Below the pieces are notes generated by a model. That model worked only from the letters and a program-made list of their open reading frames with translations, searched no databases and was not told where the DNA came from. Shown here piece by piece: positions 27,681-38,976 of a DNA stretch of 64,000 nt (position 1 is the first letter of the stretch; every line of letters begins with the position of its first letter). The position numbers and the translations under genes were made by a program. The DNA comes from Paragordius varius (lineage: Eukaryota > Animalia > Nematomorpha): NCBI GenBank assembly GCA_964247055.1, contig OZ176051.1:6882001-6946000 (forward strand). Reading direction: 5' to 3'.

Positions 27681-28736
27681 CAGTAATAACTACACAATAT
27701 ATATTTTATATATATGTGTATGTATTTAATAATTAATATGGAAAAATCAAAAATTAACCGTTTCTTGTGATTAAATGTTGTTCCACTACATAGTGACATA
27801 TTTTCCTGTAAAAACAGGTAAAAAAGAGATAACACTAAAAAAATCCGCAAACAAATTAATTTTACACGTAATAAATTGTTCACAGGTGCAAATCATTCAA
27901 AACGATAATCTAATAAGGATCCATTTAATAGCAAGCAATGAAAGTATATTTGCTGGATTATCTTTAACTGCAAGTATCCTTTCACAAATCCATTGCGAGG
28001 GAGAAACTCAAAATTCCAATTTTCGAAACCAAATAATCCTACCAACAAAGAAAATATATCTGATGACACAACTAAAACGATGTTATTAAAAAATATATTT
28101 TACATTAATCATCAATAGTAATAAAATAAATCAAAGTCCACGCATATATAAATTTGCATCTTTTTTTCAATGGTAGTTAGGTAAATGACGCTTAAATATT
28201 AGTATAACCGAATCAATTGATTTGATCACATAATTCGGTTAAAAATTATTTTATGTTATTAAACCCTGATTAATTGAAAAATAAAAAATTTGTCAGATAG
28301 CGTCTGTGTTCTAATCCCTAAATGATATCAAAATGATTTTTAATTGAAAACGAATTCTTGATATTGACCTTATAAACATTATATTTAACAAGATAATTTC
28401 CGTCAAGCAGCTTTTTTAAATTAATATTACCTATATTTTACTTAATATAATTTGCAGATGATTTTTAATTATATTTAACAAAAAACGTACATGGGGAGAA
28501 AAGTAAACTAAACTGAATTCTTTTAATTTCTCGAAAAATAAGAAAAATTTAATAATGCATTAGGTTAAAAAATTTAAGCTGATGGATATCATATAATTTG
28601 GTAATAAATATATATTTATTTAACGTTAAAAATTTATGCATTGTATACATGTAATCTAATAAATAATAAATAAATATATAATTCTTGAATATTTGGTTAG
28701 TTAGATAAATATAATATAAATAATTGAATAAAAATA

Positions 28737-31136
28737 TTATATATAATGAGATAGTAATGGAGTATTTTCATTGACTGTAAGAAATGCGCTGGTAGAGGGC
28801 TTCTGAGGATGATTTCGATAATAATCAGTAAATCGCTGAGCTAAGGTTAAAATAAAACTTGATATGACAAATTTATATCATAAAATAAGCAAAATAGTTT
28901 CTTAAGTTTTGGAAAAAAATTCAGAAAATCAAAATAAATAGTGTTAATTATACTTTCAACAAAGACTTTTTCCTTTTTATTTGATTGAACATAGGTATAA
29001 ACGTAGAATAACACAGGTAGGCACAAAATTATAGTGTGAAAATATATGACTGGTATTTTTTTGTGACCAAAATTTTGACAACCATATTCATTTTTCCACA
29101 TTTTATGCGTTACGTTCATCTAAAAAATATAATATAAACTCAAAATGGCTTCATACACAATGAATATATTTTTAATATGGTAAAATTCTGAGTATCAATT
29201 ATAATTGGGTATTAACGTTAAACTTTTAAATAAATATTATTTTGTTATTAAGCGAATCGAAAAATCATTTAATTATAGTAAAGACAAAATCCGAAGAAAT
29301 CACATGGTTAGCATTTAAACCCCAAACATTAAAGAATACATATATTTTATAAATATTGTAAATATTAGGTGACTAAAAAAAATATTTGATTATGATACCC
29401 TTAAATTTTAAGCGTAAATCAGTATTTATGCATTTTCAGAAACGTATCATTCATGAAAACATCTAAGCGATTAGACCAAACAAAAATGAATAAATTTTTT
29501 ATAACTTAATTACATTATAACAATAAAACTTATAATAAAAATTAAATTAACATAATAATTCCGACAACTTACACCAGTGCCATCAAAAAAATCAATAGAT
29601 TAAGAGAATGGATAATATGTGTAGTGGAAAATATACCATTTACATTTCCAAATTCACCCTTAAACAATTCAAAACCCTAAAAATAAATTATGTGTTTTCG
29701 GTATAATATAACTCCATATTAATATGTAATAAATCCTCATGGCATATTTTCATTTTAAAAAGTTTAATTTTTTAAAAATATAAAATAATATAGGTAATTT
29801 TAAATTTTAAAAAACACATAATTTATTTTAGGGTTGAATCGTAAATGGTATATCATTAAAATGATTAAACATCAATACCACCTTTTCTTACCACAAGAGA
29901 CTATGACTGATATTAAGGACACCTAAATTGAACTGACTCCGATTGCAATAAAATCATCAATTAGCTTAATAAAAATGCGAATTCGAGGGCTCAAAACTTA
30001 ATCAATAAAGAATAAAATTCAATACATATAATTAATACAAATCAGGAAAAAGGTAAATTATTCCAAAAAAATATGTCATAATACAACGGCTGAATAATTA
30101 TAATAATGATTCTAGATATAATTTAAAATTTTATCGGTTAAAATTAATGAATAAAACAAAAATTTAATAGAGTTAATAATTTAAAAAATATTAATAAAAA
30201 ATTAAATTTCAGAATCGCGTTTTATATCACGCATAATCATACGGTAATTCCAACAGATTTTTCATCATTTAATTAATTTAAAAGAAAATTTAGTTAAAGA
30301 GGATCGAACTTTTTACGGCCGTTAATAAAGGTAAAAATGAATGGCCAGGCCTATAGTAAGATTGAATTATAGGCGAAATAAATAGGTATAATCACAAAAA
30401 AATTATTACGAATACCAAATAGAGGACGTCAGCGCATATCTCATTTTGAATCGTTTTTCCCTCCGAATAAAACAATTGGTCATGCGCATAAAAAAATTTG
30501 TTTAATTTGAGATAGGGTCGTTGACAAAATTTGCAAAATGTTTCATTTTTTATATTCTATAATTATTATATGTAAAAAACTTGTTGAGTATAATTATTCT
30601 CACAATTTTTCAATTCCAAATAATACATATAAAAGTTTTGACTAAAATTTGTGAGAGAGTAGGACATAGGAATACCAGTTTTGGTATCATTATAAAATAT
30701 ATAACAATCTAAATTACAGGAAAATCAAACTTTGACAATGAGCATTGGTCCATAATCCAACATAAAAATCGTATGATTTTCGAAGAGGTTGCAAAAAATC
30801 CCCATATAAGATTTGTTGAGCGCATCGAAAATAATGAGTTTGATTAGTATTTATATCAGTGATGTTAATTAATTTTTCACTCTAAACATTATATTTTTAT
30901 ACTTGTAAAACGTTATTATATGATGATAAAAATGAAAGGTAGGGATCCACACATTTTTGGCAAATATGAATAGGAGTGGAGTATTTAATAATACATTTGC
31001 TGATTGTTAACAAGGATGTCCTATAATGTGTTAGGTATTTCATGCATTCAATAGGAAGAGTGTTGTTATAATAAATATCAAAATCGGGCTCATTGGCAAA
31101 CAAAGGATTAAAAATTACAAAAAATAACAAAATCAT
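28737..31136 (-). CDS. OSTM1: Osteopetrosis-associated transmembrane protein 1 orthologue, 6 exons
   Basis: Exons 31136-30903, 30881-30731, 30708-30581, 30556-30416, 29119-28954 and 28840-28737, all phase-compatible. Conserved Cys pattern (C..CQKC, WTNAHCQNC, CKFC, CADV, MNVTHKMW...C) and TM IPVIYFHTIILCLPVLFY. Confidence 0.9.
29632..29852. mobile_element. Short R21-b MITE in OSTM1 intron 4
   Basis: TATACCATTTAC.../...GTAAATGGTATA termini with fewer 21-bp units. Confidence 0.75.
30557..30580 (-). other. 24-nt GT-AG intron (OSTM1 intron 3)
   Basis: GTTTTTTACATATAATAATTATAG. Contains in-frame stops; removal joins NYTQQ to NIKNETFCKFC. Confidence 0.8.
30709..30730 (-). other. 22-nt GT-AG intron (OSTM1 intron 2)
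   Basis: GTTTGATTTTCCTGTAATTTAG. Removal restores the conserved W..A.C.NC motif (WTNAHCQ-N-CY). Confidence 0.85.
30882..30902 (-). other. 21-nt GT-AG intron (OSTM1 intron 1)
   Basis: GTATAAAAATATAATGTTTAG. Two in-frame stops between open OSTM1-like frames. Confidence 0.8.
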
Positions 31137-31463
31137 TTTGTTATACCGATTGACATGAATGAATAAAAATGTGAATGTTACCACTTTAATACTAATTTTT
31201 TTTACATCTAAATCTAACACTGAATTGTATGTAAAAGATAATCAAGCATATACAAACTTATATTATGATACCGAAAGATTATTTTTCTTAATTTAATTTT
31301 TGTAAAAAATTAATTATTATTAAACACTTCATGGCCTTTTCACTTTTTTGTCCGCAACAACATATTGGATATAACAAAGCATAAAGTTAGTTTGATTATA
31401 TAATTATAAACATTGTTCTATATTAGAAAGCTCATATTTTTGGCAGTTTTGTAATTTCTATAG

Positions 31464-31645
31464 GAGGGGTGGCCAACATGCGGCCCGCGAATCAGAATCC
31501 ATAATTTGCAAAAACATGCAAATAGCAAGATCGAGAAAAATTGTTGCGTTCCGTTTTTTTGAAGTCTTATGTAAATTATTCATATATACCCATATATAAT
31601 CCAAATGTTTATCTCAAAATGCGACCCGGCCATTTGGCGAACCTG
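31464..31645. mobile_element. Small degenerate hAT-type MITE
   Basis: GAGGGGTGGCCAACATGCGGCCCGCG start and ATTTGGCGAACCTG end. TSD not convincing. Confidence 0.4.
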
Positions 31646-31699
31646 TTCCAGAATCTAAAATTGTGACAGCTCCAAAACACGATTGAGCAAAACAGATGT

Positions 31700-33030
31700 T
31701 TTAAATTCAATACACTGCCTCCATCATTGGGGGTTATAAAAATAATCTTATAAAATAGTGTTAGATAAATGTATCGGGATTATATTGGTGCTTTTTTGGC
31801 CCTTACGGGGGTATTAAGAAAGTTATTAACACTTTTGTGGTAAGTGCTGCATATTAGAAAATAACAAAATTCGCGCATATATTTTAATAATTTTTTTGGT
31901 AAAAGCTAAAGCTTCATTTTAAGATATATCATTAAAATATATCAAAACTACATATAGAAAGCAAAACAATATTTTTAAAAAAAATAATTTTTAGATGTGG
32001 GCTCCGAATCTAGAGGCTATTTCTCTTTAAATAAAAGCAAAAACGCCGATTCTGAATAATTTTTTTAGTTAACACTTCGATTTAAATTGGGGTATCTAGA
32101 TAACCCAGACTAAATTTGAGTTAGGTTTGTTAAAAAACTACTGAAGGAAACGGTTCCCATTTAAATTTATGCTTCTATTAATAAAAATTATATAAATATG
32201 CCAAAATATCTAAATAAAAGTTTGTTTAAAAAAAGTTCCATGTCAAACTACTTCGACGCCATTTTTATTTTACAAAAATTTTTGCTGTTTACTTCATTTA
32301 ATTTTAAGGGTAATTAAGCTAATTTTTTATTTAAATTACATCTAACAGGTAAAATTACATTTATGTAACATTAATAAACCGGAATATATAAAAAACCTTT
32401 CTCAAAAATACTTGATATTACTTATTTTAAGCTAAAATGGAAAGGTAAAAATTTAGTCAACGTGACATGTGTGGCAATGGTAAAATTGAAAAATACCAAA
32501 ATAACCGCTTTTTTATTTTTTTCTAGTTAGTAAATTAAATAAAAAATTAGCTTTAATTTTACTCTTAAAATTTAATGAAGACGATATTCTGCAAAACTTT
32601 AGTAAAATAAAAATGGCGTCGAAGTAATTTGTCATGTATTTTTTTCAAAACAAAATTTTATTAAGATATTTTAGGTTATTTATATAATTTTTATTAAATT
32701 TAAATTAGACCGTTTCCTTCAGTAGTTTTTTTAAATTTTAACTTTAATTTAGTCTGGGGTATTTAGATATCCCAAATTGAATCGAAGTGTTAAAAGGGCT
32801 TAAAAATTTGGGACTTTCGAAACCCTCATCTAGAAATTTAGATTTATAAAAATGTTTCCTTTTCATAGGTAGTTTATGATATATTTTAGTGATATTTTTT
32901 GCAAAGTATATAGCTTTTTATATATAAATTTTTACAAAAATTGGCTCATTATATTGAAATTATCATAAATGTAAATATTTTTCTCATATCACTCGTAAGT
33001 AAAGGACATTTCATCAGGTTATTTTTTATT
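31700..33030. mobile_element. Old long-TIR foldback element hosting the composite PB MITE (boundaries approximate)
   Basis: Left arm (...TTTAGATGTGGGCTCCGA) and right arm (TCGAAACCCTCATCTAGA...) are degenerate inverted copies on either side of the TTAA insertion site. Confidence 0.45.
32073..32789. mobile_element. Composite PB MITE made of two left ends in inverted orientation
   Basis: TTAA (32069-32072) CACTTCGATTTAAATTGGGG...; ~275 bp forward left end fused to ~430 bp reverse left end; ...CCCAAATTGAATCGAAGTG TTAA (32790-32793). Confidence 0.8.
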
Positions 33031-33218
33031 GATTTTTGACACAGCGACATCAGAATCTTTTCCTCAGTGCCCAGATAACATGGGTCTTTTAACTTTTTTC
33101 TCTATGCCTTCCCAAAATTTGATCCTTTTCTAATGTAATTCGATCTTGCTTCCAACTTTCTTTCATTATAAGATAATATTAAACAGTATTTTCTCTTAAT
33201 TTATTTTAAACTGGTTAA

Positions 33219-33788
33219 CACTTCGATTCAAATTGGGGTATCTAAATACCCCCTAAATTTAAATTAATATTTTTAAAAAACTACTGAAGGAAACGGTCCC
33301 AATTTAAATTTATGCTTCTATCCTAATAAAAATTATATAAATATGCCAAAATATCTTAATAAAATTTTGTTTTGAAAAAAAACTTCCATGTCAAACTACT
33401 TCGACGCCATTTTTACTTCACAAAATTTTTTTAAAATATCGTTTTAATTTTAAGGGTAAAATTAAAGATAATTTTATATTTAAATTACATCTAACACTGA
33501 TAGAATTAAGAGCGGTTTTTTTTGTATTATTTTTTGATTTTATAACTTCACACATGTCACATTGACGAAATTTTTACCTTTCGGTTTCAGCTTAAAATAA
33601 GTAATATCAGGTCTTTTTGAATAAAATTTTTTATATATTTCGGTTTATTAATGTTATATAAGTGCAAAACTTTGCCATGGTTTCGATTCCTTCCATTCTT
33701 TTCAAAGTAATTAATTTTAAACAGGCCTGGGGTATGCAACTACCCCAATTCGAATCGAAGGACTAAAAGGAGTATGTTGTATCCAAGT
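33219..33788 (+). mobile_element. piggyBac-like MITE (family PB)
   Basis: TTAA at 33215-33218. Full-length match to the family; right terminus slightly eroded (CAAGT|AAA). Confidence 0.85.
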
Positions 33789-34107
33789 AAACCACCTTAT
33801 TATTAACATCCTCAACCAATAGATTAACTTGCAATCCATTTTTATAACACTGGACTACAAATTTTCTGCCACTCGAACTTTTGGCTTATACTGATATTTA
33901 CTATATATTAAAAGTAAATCTAAACTAAAAATGATTATTTCACCTAAAAACTTTGTAATATTTTTTATGATTATGCGCCCACTTTATCAAATTTTACTTA
34001 ATACTGTTTTTCTTTGGAAAATATACAACATCCCATTTGTTTCTCATTCGAAAGAGTAAATTTTTAACTGCATTCTAATAAGTTTTACATCGATAGTTAA
34101 TTTAGAC

Positions 34108-36199
34108 CAGTGGTATTCACGAAAAAAATTTGACGGGCCAAATAATATATATATTTTTTTCGAGGGTAGCAAATATTTCATAGCTATTTGACACTGCACA
34201 TCTTTATACTCTAAATCAGCACAATTAATTTTTTGCGAATCGCATGTAAATCCAACTAAAAACTCGTTTTGCACCATTTAGTTTAAAAAATTAAATTGAT
34301 GACGACATTTATTTTGATATTAACCAATAATTTTTGACAAATTTGGTTTCGCTTCATGATAGACCAATCTTAATACATCGGGTAAAGCGATTTCCGTATC
34401 TATTCTTGTACCTTATTTTTGAATATGCTGTCCACGGGTAACTTGAGAAAAAACAGTTAGGATAACTTAAGCACATTTTTTATATTTTCATATTTATTTG
34501 GCACATCTATACATATCTTTCTTCTCTTCGATTCTCCTTATATATAGCCTCCGAATCGGAATCATTTTTAAAATCTACGAATTCTTCAATGATAGGCGCC
34601 TGATCAAAACCGAGATGCTCAAGTTGCTTAATATTGGATATATCCATACCATGGATTTTCCACGAGTTTTAAGCAATTTTTAATATTTCTTAGTTCTTCA
34701 AATCTGAATTTCATTTCATTAGATAAAAGTGCAAAATGATTGTCTATTTTAAATGTTGGAAAATATAGGAGTGTTTTATTTATAAATTCTTGTTTATATA
34801 TTATTAATTTTTCTTCAAAAGCAAATATTTGATTAGCAAATTGGGTTATTATTTTGCTCCCTTGAAAACTCGTATTAAGACTAAGTCTATAAGTAAATGT
34901 CACAAAGGTAGGCAATAAAACCCACCATTGGTCACTATTAATTCCTCGTCAAACTTTCTGTTGTCTTTTATATATAATACAATCTCATGTCTTAAAACAA
35001 AAAATCTATTTAATACTTTGCTAAGGCTTAGCCATCTTACAGCGGTGTACAAAAGAATATCATCAAACTCACTGTGGATATCTTTCAGAAGATTTAGAAT
35101 TTACGGCTGTTAAATTCTCTCGGATGTGCATAACTATATCCACATTCGTTTTAATTACTGAATTGAGTGATTCATCTTTTACACGGAAAACCAAGTTTTG
35201 CTGTTGAGTAAATATTTTTTAAATTATATTTGTTTTTCAAAAGAGGGATAAATCCTTCGTTTCATAAAGGGACAGCCATTTGTGCAGATCGAAACCAATT
35301 TTTTTCATAGTACCATTATTATAGAAAAAAGTGCTACCACTTATTAGACATTCTTTTATTAGTTGGGAATCAGTAAACGGTTTCATATTTTTTCCTAAAA
35401 TATAACGAATTTCATACGAAGCTAATGTTACAGCTTTTCCTGGGAGAAAGCTATAAAAATAATAGATTTTCTTTCTGGTATAATTATTTAATTTTTTAAT
35501 TATTTCTTTTCTTTCCTCGTGATTTTCTGGTAATTTATGAGAATGATGGATTGTAAAATGTCTTTCAATATTGTATTTTTTAATAATTATGTTGTCCTTG
35601 CATATAAGGCAGGTCATTTTTAAAAACGACAAAGAATTTTTCTTCCCATTCTTTTTTAGAGAGCGATTTTTATCAGATAATTTACGTTTTTTTAGCATTA
35701 GATGTCATTATATATTTAAATATTATGTAAATTTTTGCAAATAATAGGAATATAATTTGAATTATGCTATAAAAAATAGGTAAAAATTTGATGATGTTGA
35801 TTTGAAAAATATTTTATGGGAGTTATATAAAATGATGTAGGATCGCTATGAAAAGAATATGTATATGCAAGTTTGGGTGAAAAGCTTCCTTAAATACAAA
35901 AAAGGAATTCAATAAAAATTTTAAAATAGAAAAAAAATAGAATACAGAAACAGAGACAACGTGTGCCAAAATTTTGAAATCATTTTATGTAGGGAACTTC
36001 TAGTAAATTGGGTAAAAAATAGAAATTACGAAATAGATCTAAAGAAAATAAGTTAATATTAAAATAAGCGAAAATTGTATGTGTATTTTTAAAAATTCAT
36101 CAATAAAAAAATAATTTAAGTATCAATATGGTCATAGGGCAATTTTAAAGCACTCTTAGGGCCGCATGCGGCCCGCGGGCCGCGGTTTGAGTATCACTG
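34108..36199 (-). mobile_element. hAT (Buster/SPIN-like) transposon with decayed, internally deleted transposase
   Basis: Imperfect TIRs CAGTGGTATTC / GAGTATCACTG. Perfect 8-bp TSD ATTTAGAC (34100-34107, 36200-36207) of NNNTANNN type. Minus-strand transposase fragments with a BED-like CLIC...KYNIERHF...H motif and KNMKPFTDSQLIKECL. Confidence 0.9.
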
Positions 36200-36995
36200 A
36201 TTTAGACATAGGAAGCGACAAAACTCGCCAAGCGAGAGCATTTTTCTGATTAAATATATTGTTAAAACTAATGGGTCAAAACAGCTTAAAATTTGTGATA
36301 GCTAAATATGTAAGATAATACAATAAAGTCTTTTTGATTAATTTATTGCTTTTATGTCATTCAAAATAGCCATTTCTAACGTTTCTTAAAAAACATCCTA
36401 TCCATATTAATTACTACGCATTTAAGTTAATTGATAAAATAATTATGATATTGTATTAAAAAATCAAACCAAAAATATTAAAATCATAAAATTTATTTTT
36501 GAAGTATTAGGTTTACATTAGCATAAGTTAAAAAAAAATCTTTAAAATGTCTGTAAAAATTTTGGACCTATTTAAAGGTTGAAAAAGACCATATAAAGCC
36601 AAATAACTTTTACATCAGATTTATTTAAATGAGTAATTACCACTCAAAAAATTCAGTCTTTCCCGCTCTCTTCAATAATATATTGGCACTAAAACATTTA
36701 ATTTTGAAAATTACGGGCTTATTTAAATCGGGCCAAAAATTTTCGATTAACCTAACATTAAAATTTTGTTAAGTGAATTTTTTTCAGATATACTATTTAT
36801 ATCCTTTAAAAAATAATTTCAATTTACAAGAATAACCTTAAATGTAGTCAAAATTTGTCGTCTAGTGTACCTACCCTTCAATATTCAACTTTCTGCAGCA
36901 TAATAATTAATGATATCATAACTATCACTTCAATTTGCATTGTGATATGGTCATATGAAATTGACACATTCAGCTTGGATATATTTTGAATTTGG

Positions 36996-38504
36996 ATGAC
37001 GGCAGTTAAAATCTATACTTCAACCAGTCTCCCTTCAACTCCTTTAACACACAACAAATTAGATAAACGTATACATGATTGTTCAGAATATATAAAAATT
37101 CTGTCTAAAAGTGTTCAAGCCTTTTTAGACCAGGAAGAACATTTCAACAAGGTTAATAAGTCAAAAATATCTTCAATTTCAAATAATCAAGAACAAATTA
37201 AGCAAAAGAAGTTTATATAATACATTATTTTAGAAAAATAAGTAAACGTGGCAAACCTAAAAATCCCGTTACTCAACCGTGTGTTACTGAATATTTTAAT
37301 GTTGTCAAGCGAACCACTAGCACGCGAAAATGTAAATCTCAGCTTGAAGTATTCACCAATTTTAATTATTTAGTATGAAAAGCAAATTGAATTAGAAAAT
37401 AAAATTTTGGGCAAATGTGAAGATGGTCTAAAGGTTTATATTTATTTTTACCTTCAGATTGTTCAAATAGAAGGCAAAGGCCGCGGTATAATTGCCGAAA
37501 AACAATTTGTGAAAGGCGATTTTGTGGTTGAATACACAGGCGATCTCATTACACCCAAAGAAGCTAAGAAACGAGATGCCGTTTACAAAACTGATACATC
37601 GATTGGATGTTATATGTATTATTTTGAACTAAACGGAAAAAATTATTGGTAAGTAAAAAATATCCTATTTATTTTTACCTATAATTTTTGAGGATGCAGA
37701 TATATTAATATAGAGTTCGAAACTTACCCCACATATATATGTTAAAAACTAAAACTATCTTATAAAAATCATGTTTAAATTGTTGAATTAAAAAATTAAG
37801 TTTAGCATCAATCCAATTTTTTGAGCTTTTCAATAATTTTTATTTGTGTATATTGCGTCCTATTTTTATTCTGATTAGGATCTTAGTTGGAGAAATCCAA
37901 CTTTTATATATTTAATTGAAATTTTAAACATATTATTTAAACGATTTACTTATTTAATAGAAACTTAATTTGTTTAAAAATGATTTTACTGTCAAGTAAT
38001 AAAGCTAACCGAATTTAAAATATAAATTTTGGTCATAAAGTAAGGGCCTTACTATAAATTTTTTATAATATACCACTTACTATTCAAATTCACCATTGAA
38101 CAATTAAATTCACCCTCGAACAATTCAAATTCACTCTTGAACAATTGAAATTCACCCTAAAAATAAATTATGTGTTTTCGTAATATGACTCATCATTAAT
38201 ATGAAATATATTCGAGATAATTTATTATTTTTAGAATTATATTAATTTTAAACAGAATTTCATATTTCAAAAATATTATAAAATAAAGATATTTATTGAA
38301 AACACATAATTTATCTTAAGGTGAATTGAATTGTTCAAGGGTGATTTTAAACTGTAAATGGTATAAAATATCACTTTTCAATTGTATAGTGTGGATGCCA
38401 CAAAAGAGACTGATCGCAAAGGGAGACTGGTAAATCATAGCTGTAAGGTATTGCGTTTTGTTTCAAATTTAAATTAACATTTTTAAAGATATGTTTACAA
38501 TATC

Positions 38505-38544
<40 letters not shown>

Positions 38545-38717
38545 GATTTATATAGGTGTTTAATTGCAAAACGAAATCGATTTGGATAGCTAAAACTAAA
38601 GAGGCTAAATTAATACTCATTGCTTGTAGGGATATAAAACCAGGAGATGAGATTTTGTATGATTATGGTGAAAGGGATAAAGAAGCTTTAAAAGCACACC
38701 CTTGGCTCAAAGATTAA
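36996..38717 (+). CDS. KMT5A: H4K20 monomethyltransferase SET8/PR-Set7 (start codon tentative)
   Basis: Exons 36996-37210, 37234-37348, 37374-37433, 37458-37648, 38390-38447 and 38556-38717. SET motifs GKGRGIIAEKQF, GDFVVEYTGDLI, GCYMYYF, VDAT...GRLVNHS, EILYDYG...HPWL. Confidence 0.92.
37211..37233 (+). other. 23-nt GT-AG intron (SET8)
   Basis: GTTTATATAATACATTATTTTAG. Removal joins the upstream ORF to the PIP-degron exon in frame. Confidence 0.7.
37349..37373 (+). other. 25-nt GT-AG intron (SET8)
   Basis: GTATTCACCAATTTTAATTATTTAG. Removal joins RKCKSQLE to YEKQIELENKILGKCEDGLK in frame. Confidence 0.85.
37434..37457 (+). other. 24-nt GT-AG intron (SET8), in frame and stop-free
   Basis: GTTTATATTTATTTTTACCTTCAG. 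Removal gives EDGLK-IVQIEGKGRG, colinear with the SET8 consensus EEGMK-IDLIDGKGRG. Confidence 0.8.
38069..38365. mobile_element. R21-b MITE in SET8 intron 4
   Basis: TATACCACTTAC.../...GTAAATGGTATA termini with ~4 and ~2 subterminal units. Confidence 0.8.
38509..38542. repeat. (TA)n microsatellite in the last SET8 intron
   Basis: About 17 TA units. Shorter (TA)n tracts near 15445, 45960, 47682 and 49885. Confidence 0.9.
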
Positions 38718-38976
38718 ATATATTATGATTATAAAAACTGCATTTATATATATCTATCTGTAAATAGTTATTTATTTTATATTTATTATGTTAAGAATAT
38801 ATATATTACAAATAAATCCATAAATTATTATCAAATATAAATCACAAATATTTAAAACAAGTGTACATTGTGTAGTTTTTACTTAAATGATTGCAAAAAA
38901 AGATGGGCAAAAATAGTATGGAAGTCCAATGATAAATTTTATGTAAAAAGTAAAGTTTAGTAAATTATCTCCGATA

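Noticed and set aside
27775-28089. 104-aa plus-strand ORF as a gene
   Set aside because: No recognisable motif, no linkable neighbouring exons, and comparable open frames on the opposite strand.
30882-30902. Stop-codon reassignment or readthrough as an alternative to micro-introns
   Set aside because: Stops fall only inside GT...AG-bounded segments, several of which also shift frame. Long exons have no internal stops and genes end at normal TAA.
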